64,000 nt of DNA from Vicugna vicugna (taxonomy: Eukaryota). The stretch spans positions 1,518,599-1,582,598 of the forward strand of contig MU060485.1 of NCBI GenBank assembly GCA_013265495.1. The letters are read 5' to 3'. This document shows, piece after piece, positions 52,827-63,330 of the stretch (the first letter of the stretch is position 1; each line of letters starts with the position of its first letter). The position numbers were made by a program, and so were the translations under genes. The notes beneath the pieces are model-generated. The model saw only the letters and a list, made by a program, of their open reading frames with translations, was not told the DNA's origin and searched no databases.

Positions 52827-53889
52827 ATGGAAGCAAAGTGGCCCCCTACCTCTGTATGGTACCTGGTGGCCGCCTATTTGCTGACGTGGGCTCAGCCTCA
52901 GGATTGGGACACAGTGGTGTCCTGGCCAGGTGATGTCCGGAGGGCATTGGAGCTGTTAGAAAATAATGTCCCATTAGCCCACCGAGAGGCAGCCGAGAGG
53001 GTGGCCTAGATGTTCTTACCTGTTTTACGGCATGCTAGCCAAGACATGAGAGATTTACAGATGGAAGTGGAGGAGTTACAGTGCAGAGAAGAGGAGCTTA
53101 AGCAGAGACCCAGCACGGCAGAAAGGTGTCTGCATGGTCCTAGCTCTGCCGCCTCTGAGAGCAGCTATGCCTGTGTAGCTCCAGTCCCACTGTCTCTGAG
53201 AGCAGTAAGCCTGACCCCTAGCCCCGTTCCACTGCATCTGTGGCCCATGGTGAGGCAGCAGGTGGAACTGGAGGAGCCCATGGCTCGGGGGGAACTCCTG
53301 TGGGACCACGGTGAGTGACATACGAGTAAATGGACCAAGTATTTGGACTTAATGCAAGTTGTCTGAGAAATGGATGCACCAGATGATGTTCGCTTTGCAT
53401 TTCCATAGTCTAAATGATGAGCTCCTTACAGTTTGAATGAAAGATTTGATTTTGGTTAATAGCCCAACGGGAACATTTGGGAGTATGGCGGCGCTACTAG
53501 TACCGTATGTAGACCACCCCATACGTGAAGTAACTGAGGCTCTGGCTCTTCTGGGGGACATAGAGGTGCGCCGAAAGGGGGTACGTGCTGCCAAGACTCA
53601 AGGTGATTCCAAGACCCCCTCCTCCCGTGCAGTGACTCAGAAAGGGAAGTCCACACAGAGGAGGAAAAAGGGGAATGCTCCAATTTTAGGAGGGCCCCAA
53701 GATCTAGATCGCCGGCAGATACGGTGTGATTTACGGGCAGCTGGCCTAAACCGTGTAAAATTACATGGCCAACCTTTGGAGGTGCTAATGGCCTTAAGGA
53801 AGCAATGATGGCCTGAGCAACAATATACTCCGTTGCCAACCTCCCAACAGGCCTGAGAGGTGGCCTTTGCTGATTTCCTCCCAGACTAG
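52827..53889 (+). pseudogene. gag: gag remnant (class III type, several stops and frameshifts, probable internal deletion)
   Basis: MEAKW..WYLVAAYLLTWAQPQDW; ..MKDLILVNSPTGTFGSMAALLVPYV..KGVRAAK; ends FLPD-TAG; stops at 53007, 53434, 53806 among others. Confidence 0.85.
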
Positions 53890-56800
53890 GAGGAAGGCCA
53901 AGGTGTTCAGGACGGGGGTGGGGGGCATCCCAGTGACTGGAGGCTACGTGTTGAGCTATCCACTGGTCCCCCATGAATAAACAGTGAATATTGGCACTAG
54001 TAGACACAGGAGCTGAAGTTCCATTGGTGCATGGAAATCTGGAACGTTTTCAGGGGCCATGGGTTGATATAGAAGGATATGGAAACAAGCAAATGTATGT
54101 TAAACGAGAGACTCTGATTTTGGGCATTGGCCGTCTGCCCCCTGCTGCAAATGAAGTGCATATATCCCCAGTAGCTGAATATATTCTGGGGATAGACATT
54201 TTGCAAGGATTGCAAATACAGTTGACTCAAGGAGAATTTCACCTGAGAGTTCACGTGGTGAAAACAGTTATATGGGGGCATCCTCCACACGCACCTTTGA
54301 TTTTGTCACAGGCCACACGAATGGTGGATGTCCGGCAATATCGATTGCCTGGAGGCCATGAGGAAATAGGACAGACTATTCTAAAGCTTCAGGAAGCCAG
54401 TGTAACTCAGGCTACGCATAGCCCATATAACTCTCCAGTGTGACCAGTGCAGAAGCCAGACGGCTCCTGGAGGATGACAGTGGACTATTGGGAACTGAAT
54501 AAAGTCACTCCCCTCATGCATGCAGCTGTGATGAATATAACAGATTTGATGGACCGGCTGTCCCATAGACTGGGTACTTGTCACTATGTGGTTGACCTGA
54601 CTAATGCATTCTTCTCAAAAGACATAGTCCCTGAGAGCCAAGAACAGTTTGCCTTCACCTGGGAAGGCAGACAATGGACATTTGTTGTGTTGCCGCAGGG
54701 ATATCTGCACAGCCCCACACTGTGCCATGGCCTAGTGGCCCAGGACCTGGCTACATGGAGCAAACCGGATACTGTTCATGTGTTCCATTATATAGATGAC
54801 ATAATGCTAACCTCTGATTTGCTTTCAGATTTGGAAACCAGTGCCACAGCGCTGCGAGAAGCCCTGGCGGGCTGGGGGTGGACCGTGAACGAGGACAAAG
54901 TGCAAGAACCTGGATATTCTGTCAAATTCTCGGGTGTTGTCTGGTCGGGTAAGACAAAAGTGCTGCCTAAAGCAGTAATAGACAAGATCCAGGCATATTC
55001 CCGCCCTGAAACAATTTAACAGTTACAGACTTAAATTTAAGTCCTCTGGGATACTGGCAGGTATTTATTCCTCATTTGGCCCAAACAGCCAAACCCCTAT
55101 ATAAACTGATTAAAAATGGAAAAGTCTGGAATTGGTCTGATGAGACCAAATGTGCATTTGTTAAAACTAAGAGGGCGATGGCCCAAGCGCAAGCACTGCG
55201 CACTATAGATCCAGACCTCCCTTTCTGGTTAACAGTCCATGTGGACCATGATGGATATGGCTGGGGCTTATGGCAAAAACATGGGCAACGGAAAGTGCCC
55301 ATAGGATTCTGGTCTCAGTTGTGGAAAGGGGCTAAATGTTGTTATTCTCTGATTGAGAAATTGCTAGCAACTTACGCGTCCTTGATTGCCACCGAACCCC
55401 TGACGGGGAAGCGAGAGGTCCAAGTGCAGACCACATGCCCTGTTGCAGGATGGGTACAGACATGGGCAAAGCAACCCCGATCAGGAACTGCCCAAACCCC
55501 AACTCTGACGAAGTGGGCTGCTTATTTGGAAGAGAGGGCCCAGTACACCGCTAGCCCCTTGGCTGCGGAGTTGCAGCAGGTGTTAGGGCCTGTGAGATTT
55601 GTTGCACTGGACGTATAGACGCTCCCACAACAAGGGGTGGACCCTGTGCCCAGTCCCTTTCGTGAAGGGAAAGGGCCACCCCCAGGAACCGCTTGGTATA
55701 CTGATGGATCTTGTAAGGGCAGTCTGCCCACTTGGGTTGCAGTAGCCCTGCACCCTGCCACTGAAGCCTTCTGGTATGAGACCGGAGAAGGCCAATCCAG
55801 CTAATGGGCTGAGTTACGAGCAGTATGGCTGGTGTTGATGAATGAACCTAGTCCCTTACAGATTTGCACCGATAGTTGGGCCATGCAACATGGATACCCC
55901 AATGGGCCCTGCAAGACTGGATGATTGGGCACCAGCCCCTATGGGGACAACAGATGTGGAAACAGTTATGGGATAAAGGCCAAGAAGGCCAGTATAGTGT
56001 TTACCATGTACTAGGGCACCGCCCAGCCCTGGCACCGGGCAGTGATGCTGCTGATGTGCTAGCCCAACTTTGCCCTGTACAGGCCATGGTTCCAGGACCC
56101 GACATAGGTCCCTGGCTCCATAAGAAACTTGGTCATGTAGGCTCATACACAATGAGGCAGGTAGCCGACCGATGGGGCCTGCACCTGAGCCACAGTGAAG
56201 GCAAAGATGCCGCGTGGCAATGTCCATGGTGGGCTAAGCACCACCTGCGCCGGCGGCAGTGGCCCCAACAGATGGGGAGGATTGCATGGAGAATTCAGCC
56301 ATTGCAGGTATGGCAAATAGGTTATGTAGGCCTCTTTGCACCTAGTACAGGCTTGCGGTACCTGCTGCCAGTGGTAGACACCGCTACTGGTCTAGGTTTT
56401 GCTCACTATGTGCCCCGAGCTACATAAGACTCTACTATTAGAGCACTGGAAGTTTTACGGGCCTTTTATGGGACTCCCTTAAAAATACAAAGTGATACAG
56501 GGGCCCCTTTTACTGCCCAACAGACCTAGGAATGGGCCAAGGAAAATGATATTAACTGGATATTGCATGTGCCTTACCATCCTCAAGCAGCAGGAATGAC
56601 TGAACGATACAACAGCCTATTAAAGGACAAACTGAGGGCTCTCAAACCACAAGGGCGAGGCTAAAACAGTGTCTTGCCGCAGGTGGTACATCTTTTAAAT
56701 GAACAACCTACATACAGGTATGAGCCTATTAGAAAAGTTATTGCAAGGGACTATTCAGAGTCTCAGAGTTGGGCCCATGCAGAATGCCTCCGATGTCTCA

Positions 56801-57253
56801 AAAGTGGGGCACACGTTAATATTACACTCCCCCAGGATGTTGAACTCGGGAAAACAGGACACCTGGACATGGAAGAATCAGGTCCAGACTGTTAGCCCCT
56901 GGCTAACCCTTTTGGAACCATGGGGTGATGGGCTAGAGAAAGCCCTGCAGGTAATCCCATGAGTGGGGGAATGGTCTTTTGATGTGCATGTTACTCTAGG
57001 GAAAGCAGGAGTGTCCCTACTTAAAGGAGCAGAAGCCCTACAGCTTTGGGCAGTTCCACTGGTAGCTCCTGAAGCTCTCCCAGAGTGTAACCAACCTAGT
57101 GTGGGTGGGTTGGTGTGGTACCACCGCCCAGGGCGAACAGCCGTTCGTGCGACTGTACTCTCACAGGATAAGAAAGTGGCTTGCATCCTCCCAGAAGAGA
57201 GAGGTTTGCCAATCATGGTGTCCACCTCTGCTCTGTCCTTCCGTCCAGGGTAA
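53890..57253 (+). pseudogene. pol: pro-pol remnant: protease, RT, RNase H, integrase, C-terminal extension
   Basis: LVDTGA (D at 54003); [32 protein letters not shown] 54789-54800; RNase H WYTDGS/AEL/TDS; HHCC region; D(35)E at 56494/56602 with the first D read as G at 56320; roughly 8 stops and 4 frameshifts. Confidence 0.97.
57154..57167 (+). promoter_or_regulatory. Candidate env splice acceptor tgtactctcacag/G (exon would start at 57167)
   Basis: Pyrimidine-rich tract plus CAG/G directly before the env leader region, inside the pol 3' end. Confidence 0.6.
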
Positions 57254-58404
57254 CAGCAAATACCACGTTCTCCTGGGCACACACATTCACGCAAGTCCAC
57301 AACATCTCTCACTGTTGGGTCTATACTGAACTTCCCATAGACGCAGGAGATGGACTGCCATGGCACCTCCACCCCGCGTCCAGAGTTAATTGGAACACCT
57401 TGATTCAATGGAATGCCAACAGGACAGCGAGATCACCCTGGGACTTGCGGCGGCAGACTATTGAAGAGATACTCCGATGTGAGCGGGGCATTGCCTCCCC
57501 CCCAATTGAAAGGACTGTATGGAATGGGTGGGGATGGATGAATAGTGTTTATGTAAAAATGAGACATTTAAGCCCTCTCTGTATTGAGCAGCAGTTTGAA
57601 CACAAGGCTCCAAACCGCACAGTGGGGTGGCTCCCAGAAGAACTATGTGCCAAAATTATTTATAATGTAAATGCCTCCACCTGGTGGGATGGACGACCTT
57701 TAATTGGCGTAAACCCCACTGATTTCTTGCCACCAGGGTACCTGTGGGTATGTGGCACCCACGGATGGTGTTATCTTCCAGCTAAATGGACAGGGCGCTG
57801 TACTTGGGGTAGAGCTTACTTGCCTGGACACATCTGGCCCATTTTAACAGAGCGCCCCACAAACTGGGACCCACTGCACACCCGGTGGCACCAGGGAAAG
57901 CATGCAGCTTGACAGTTTTATCCTATGGCCCTGTTCCTGCCTGGTGCTGGGACCATCAGTGTTGAATTGCAGGTAGAAGCTTTGGCTCAGCACATATCAG
58001 CTGTACTGAATGTTACTAGAAGAGTTATAGAGAAATTGTTAGATGAGACTACCCAGATGCGAAAGGTGGTCTAACAAAATAGAATGGCATTAGATATTCT
58101 CACTGCAAGCCAGGGTGGCACATGTGCTATGTTACATATTGAATGTTGTATCTATATACCAGATCACCAGAAGAAAGTAACTAAGGCACTGCATGAAATA
58201 GATCAGGAATTGGATTGCATAGATCATGTAACTCAGGACCCCCTTAAAAATTGGTGGTCATCCTTGACGTCCTCCTGGAGATGGAGCTTAGCTGTCCTGG
58301 CTATTGTAGCTGCCTGTGTATTAGTAGGGTGCTGTACTCTATATTGTTGTTGTGGTTTTTGGGCACAATGCTCCGTCCTGTGGACTAGGGTCCCCAGGAC
58401 CTAG
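57168..58404 (+). pseudogene. env: env remnant, gamma-type SU/TM
   Basis: CWVY (decayed CxxC) 57313-57324; QGKH (decayed RxKR) 57892-57903; *QNRMALDILTASQGGTC immunosuppressive domain; CAMLHIECC (CX6CC) 58123-58149; hydrophobic TM anchor; in-frame stops at 57910 and 58072; leader frameshift near 57250. Confidence 0.93.
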
Positions 58405-58413
58405 GGGGTAAAA
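58403..58413 (+). promoter_or_regulatory. Polypurine tract agggggtaaaa
   Basis: Purine run directly before the 3' LTR, overlapping the env stop codon. Confidence 0.75.
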
Positions 58414-58795
58414 TATGAGCTGGCCTTGAGATGAGTTAAGGCCGTGGGACCCAAGGCCACGATCAGAGCATGTTTGTAGTATGCAGTAAATAATTGCTTC
58501 ACGCATGCGTCAATTATACAAGGTTTAGAACAAGGAAAATAGAAGTACGCATGTGCTAGAGATATTCTATAAGCCTAATGAACAAAGAAACTCAAAGTGT
58601 GCATGTACTGGCAGAGAACAGATAAAAAGTGGGACAGGTGCATCATAGGCACGCACCTCCCTGTGGCAATAAAGAGTTGTTAACCCCATGGTGTCTCCGG
58701 CTGAAGTCTGTCCGGAGGTATGGCAACTCCTCATGAATTTTTTTGTTTGGGCCGCTCACCTCCTAGAACCCCACATCAGCCTCCCTCGGCTGACA
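58414..58795 (+). repeat. 3' LTR (382 bp, TA...CA; terminal TG mutated)
   Basis: Hand alignment with the 5' LTR gives 24 substitutions plus 1 indel; AATAAA 58668-58673. Confidence 0.97.
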
Positions 58796-59814
58796 CTCAC
58801 ATTTGTGTATATGGACAAAGATGATCTCTACAGGCCAAGAATCAGAGCTTGGAAGGGAAGCAGCTTACAGCTCCTTCCTTTCCAATCTTGGAAAAGTAAA
58901 GCTTACTTACCTTTATTGCAGATAACTGCTCATCGATTATTGGGCTCCTCCAGTGTCTCCATCCAGGTCACAGCTAAGGGATCGAAGACACACAAATAGA
59001 TAATTCATCCTTGGGAAAATTTGGGAGTTCCAGTGGCCAGGAGAGTTGTTAATTCTAGGATTTCTGAGAGTTTGGAATCTTACGCTTTTTCTCCCCCTCA
59101 ACTCCAGGTTTTTTTGATTGTGAATTTGAGATTCTCATTCTGTTATGCTATTTGCAACATATACACTTAAGATGTTTGGTTTTGGCTTCAAATCTATGTA
59201 TTCAGTTCAGTGCTATTGCTACTACATATCTTTAATTCACCTCTGAAATTTATAACTTGCAGCCTTTCTCTTTTTGATTTTTTAAAAAGTTTCTTTCACC
59301 CCCAAAATTAGCTTTCCCAGGTAATACTTCTAAAAATAGTCTCTGATGGGAATTTGGAAGCCTAAGAGATAGTTGTGTCATCCTGTCTTAGAACCATTGG
59401 CTGGAGAACATTCACAACTTTGGGGGTCCTCTCAGGTTTTTGGGCAAAGTTATACATGTCCTACACAAATATTACACATCCTTGCACATCTAAGCAAGAT
59501 TTCTAAACTCAAATGAATAACTTACTAGCTGGATGGGTTAGGAGAGGGTTTTTTGGTTTGTCATTTTTCATCAAGAGAAGACTGAAATCGTCAGTCATCT
59601 GCTTTTCTTGAGGACTGCGTTGGTCCTGGGCAGGGATGGTCTGGCGAGCTGAGAGGGAAGGATTCGTAGCTAAATTTTCCTACTCAAAGCCCAAACACGA
59701 CACTTGGTTAGCTGATACAGGGATAGTTTCACCCTGCAAAGGGCCTAGGAAGCTACAGCTATTAGATACAGAAACGTCACTTCTGTGATATCCTAGCCGA
59801 ACAGTCAAGAGAAC

Positions 59815-60000
59815 TGGCTTCTGGTGCCATTAACCTGCAGTGCTTTGTGGATGAGTCACTTAGTCTGTCTTGGCCTCAGTTTCCTCACCTGTTAAATAAA
59901 TGATTTGCATTTAGTTCTCTTTGGAACATCTGTATTACTTCATTACCAAATATTTAGTGAGCACCTGCAATGTACAAATCACTCTAATGAGTGCTAGGTA
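59815..60000 (+). mobile_element. MIR SINE remnant
   Basis: gagtcacttagtctgtcttggcctcagtttcctcacctgttaaataaatg. Confidence 0.7.
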
Positions 60001-60681
60001 ATCAGCATAAATCTAAAGACACTTTGGGCAATTAATTCTCCAAGGTCCAGTTTTTTCACATGTAAACACGTGTTTCAAGTAACTCCTATTTTATAGGATT
60101 TTGAGAATAACCTATATTCATGGGATACTTTATAAAGAGGCAAAGCGCATGGGATGTGCTCAAAGTGTGGTAGTTATTGCTTTGCCTGTTATGAGTGGGC
60201 GTTGTAAGCTTTACCCTCATGGAGCCTCTGAAGGGACGCAGACAGTTGCAGTACCATAAGGACTGGCATAAGGCAAGGTTTCTGAAGGTAGATCATATAA
60301 CCTTCCGCCCAGCAGTTGCCTGAAAGCAGCGTGTGATTTTATGCTCTGAGTCTCAGGGTCTCTGTTTCTCCACCTTTCATAGTCAAAGTCATGCATAAGG
60401 TCTGTTCTTCTATAGAGTTGGCAAAATCTAGTTTCCAGACTGAGTAGTCATCTTAAACTTCCCAAATTTTCCCAAGTTTTCTTAGCTTAAGAACACTTGA
60501 TTAATGTCAAAAACTTTTTGCAGATTTTCTTTGGTATAATTTTTATTTTACTAGTTATTGAGCAATTGTGAAAATACATAGTGACAAATATTACTACATA
60601 GAAATATATTTGAAGTCAATGTATGTGTTTAAATCTCAATAGTATCTACATACTTTGAAAACCAGTACTACATCATTTAGA

Positions 60682-61049
60682 GTGCTCCAGGGAAACTGAC
60701 CCAGTAGTTAGGCCATGAATAACTTACATTATTATGGGGGCTGGCAAGTCTGAAATCTGGGGGAAGGAGCAGGCCAGCAGGCTGGAAACTCTTTGGGGAA
60801 AAGGCTGATGCTGCAGTGTTGAGGCAGAATTTCTCCTTCTTCAAGGAGCCTCAGTTTTGCTCTTAAAGACTCTCATCTGATTGCATGAGGCCTACCCAAA
60901 TGATGCAGGATGGTCTCCTTTACTTAGAGTTAGCTTATTAGAGATGTTAATCATGTCTACAAAATACCTTCATGACACCTAGATTAGTGCTGATTAAGTA
61001 ACTGAGTATTAGAGCCTAGCCAAGTCGACTTACAGAATTGACTGTCACA
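60682..61049 (-). mobile_element. MLT2 (ERVL) solo LTR remnant
   Basis: gggggctggcaagtctgaaatc, ctgattgcatgaggcctaccca, gagcctagccaagtcgacttacagaattgactgtcaca. Confidence 0.85.
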
Positions 61050-62411
61050 AATACACAATTCTAAAAAGTATTTTGCTTATTCATTCTATAAACAAACAAA
61101 CAAACACTTAACAAGCTCATGGATTGAAGGGACTCTCTTTGGTCTAGGGGACAAGACCACACATTGGCCTCCTTAGGTTTACATCAATGAAGACAGCACG
61201 GTTCTTGAAGAGCCACGGCTGTTCTATACTTACAAGAACATTAGGCAAGTGTCCAATTGCTTTTCCCATGGAAGACTCCAATTTTCCTTATATCAAAATT
61301 ATTGGACATGCCTGACTTACGTGGGGACACGGCCCAGCAGAACAAACAGGCTTCTGAGAACTCTACACCTGTGATTTGTGATTCCTGTTTGTTGTTGAAT
61401 ACTTTTTTGTAAAAAACCCAGCTAGCAAAATATGACTGCTCCAACTGGCTAACAAAGGCAGCACGGAGAGGATTATGAATTATTACTAAACCATATTGAT
61501 TTTTTGAAATGCTGGCTGAGATTTAAGAGGAAGCAGAAAAGCAAAATCCCTGATTGAGGAAGACAGGGCCTTATACTGGTAGAGAAACATCTTTATAGAC
61601 ATTTCTAGGAAAAATATATTTTTATAAAACTAAGTCTTTTCATCTTAAATGCATTTTCTCATTTTCTTCTCTTGCTGATTTTTTTCTCTCTCCCTTTCAG
61701 TTCCCCTGGACAAAGACTTTACAAAACAATGCAAATTTTTAGAGGCTCTGGTTCAAATAGATTGAAAGCAGCTAAGAAGAATTATTGCTGAACAAACATT
61801 TACCTAATCTGAGAAATTCCATGTTACATATTAGTTGTTAAAGTTGCGTGGTTTTGTCATTACAAGAAGCTTGAAAATGAGAAATATTTTTTCTAATTCT
61901 AGACTAACCTTGGCACTGGCCAAATGTATTGCATCTCAAATTAATCTTTTAAAAAGGAATCCAGAGAAGGGAAATAAAAATAATTATAGAAATTGAAAAG
62001 GCATTTGAGAAAAAGTTAAACTCTTGTGAGAAGAATTCTAAGGGCAAACTTGATTTCTGTCTTTGAGAATTTGTAGGGCATTTAGGAGTGGGAGGTTGGC
62101 CAGTTATACTCTGTCCACAAGGAAATAGTCGTAAGAAAATAATCTTAAATTAGTGGCAAGTGAGAACTCTGTTGGACATGGGAGGTGCTTGATCATATGG
62201 TGATAAAACACTGAAATTGCCTGCTGAGGGAAGCAATGCTGCCTTTCCCCCTAAACATGTATTATACTTGATAACAAATAGTCCTTGTTGAATAAGAAAT
62301 TTCCCCACCTTAAGATGGGAGGCTTACCACATATGTTTTCAGTCTCCCATGCAGCTCTCACCAGACTGAATTGAAACTTTTATGTACAAAAGTAGGTATT
62401 TATTGGATATA

Positions 62412-62570
62412 TACCAGGTTAGTTTTTCTACGTTGCCATGACAAATTATCACAAACTTTTTGGCTTAAAATAACACAAATGTGTTATCTTACAGTTCTAT
62501 TGTTCAGAAATTCAGGAGGAGTTTCACCTGTTGGCAGGCTATGCTTCTTTCTGCAGGCTCTAGGAGAGAA
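62412..62570 (-). mobile_element. MLT1 LTR 3' portion
   Basis: gttgccatgacaaattatcacaaactttttggcttaaaataacacaaatgtgttatcttacagttct..ttggcaggctatgcttctttctgcaggctctagg. Confidence 0.8.
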
Positions 62571-62799
62571 GCAGAGTGGTAAAATGACCAACTTTGTTTA
62601 TTGCTGGGGTCTGGGAAAGTGCAGAAAGGAAGATGTTTAAATAGAATCCCTTAGAATGAATAGGAAGAAGAGATTCCAATCCGAGGGAACAGCCTGGACA
62701 AGTGAGGTGCACGGCGCAGGCAGGGCTATAAATATCTGGCATGTGTGAGTGTAGCTAGATAGTCTAGAAAGCTGGGGGCCTAAGGAACTGGGAGGTCAT

Positions 62800-63330
62800 C
62801 TTTTTGGCAATGAGAAAAACTGGAAGAGTTCTAAAATAGGTTATGAAGGTCTGATTTTCATTTCAGGTCATTGATGCAATACAAGTAGTAGCAGTAGGGA
62901 TCAGAACTGGGAAAATAACTCAGAGAACAGTGCCTAAGTAAACTTAACAAGCCTTGGTGATGCATTTCTTGTGGTTGGTGAAAGGTTGGGAAAAGGCAAG
63001 GCTGATGCCCTGGTCTCTGGTCTGAATGACGAGGTTGATGATGGTGCCACCACCCACAATAGGGAACAGAGGAAGAGATTCTCGTGGGCACAGGTTGAGT
63101 GTCTGATACCTGCATGTGATCTGGGAACAGAGACTTGAAGCACAGAGAAGCGATTTGGACAGGAGGTGGTATGGATAGCATACACAAACTTCTAGAGTAG
63201 GGAGATCCCCAGAGAGATCGTGCGGAAGGAGGCAAGAGAGACAATGTAAACTAGCAACAGTAACAGGGTAAACAAAGCACGAGAAATCTGTAACAGAGAC
63301 AGAGGAAAGGCGATAAACCATGCCTAGCAG
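62800..63330 (-). mobile_element. L2 remnant
   Basis: tttcaggtcattgatg..ggtctctggtctgaatgacgaggttgatgatggtgccaccacc..gttgagtgtctgatacctgcatg. Confidence 0.6.

Larger units (their letters stand above)
52378..58795 (+). mobile_element. Two-LTR endogenous retrovirus, class III (spumavirus-related), ERV-S-like, 6418 bp, defective
   Basis: LTR-PBS-gag-pro-pol-env-PPT-LTR order; identical 5-bp TSD CTCAC at 52373-52377 and 58796-58800; RT motif YIDD; no Gag zinc knuckle; tRNA-Ser PBS. Confidence 0.97.

Noticed and set aside
53456-57408. Antisense ORFs in the provirus (53456-54007, 183 aa; 56878-57408, 176 aa) as HBZ-like genes
   Set aside because: No recognisable domains; the second starts at TTG. 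Long antisense frames are expected opposite GC-rich coding sequence.
57181-58404. env as a domesticated (syncytin-like) gene at this locus
   Set aside because: Two stops, a leader frameshift, and dead furin and CxxC motifs. The density of disruptions is similar to pol, so there is no sign of selective preservation.
52827-58404. APOBEC3-type G-to-A hypermutation of the provirus
   Set aside because: Several stops derive from TGG, but about as many derive from CGA/CAA/CAG by C-to-T. The mixed pattern fits neutral, CpG-biased decay.
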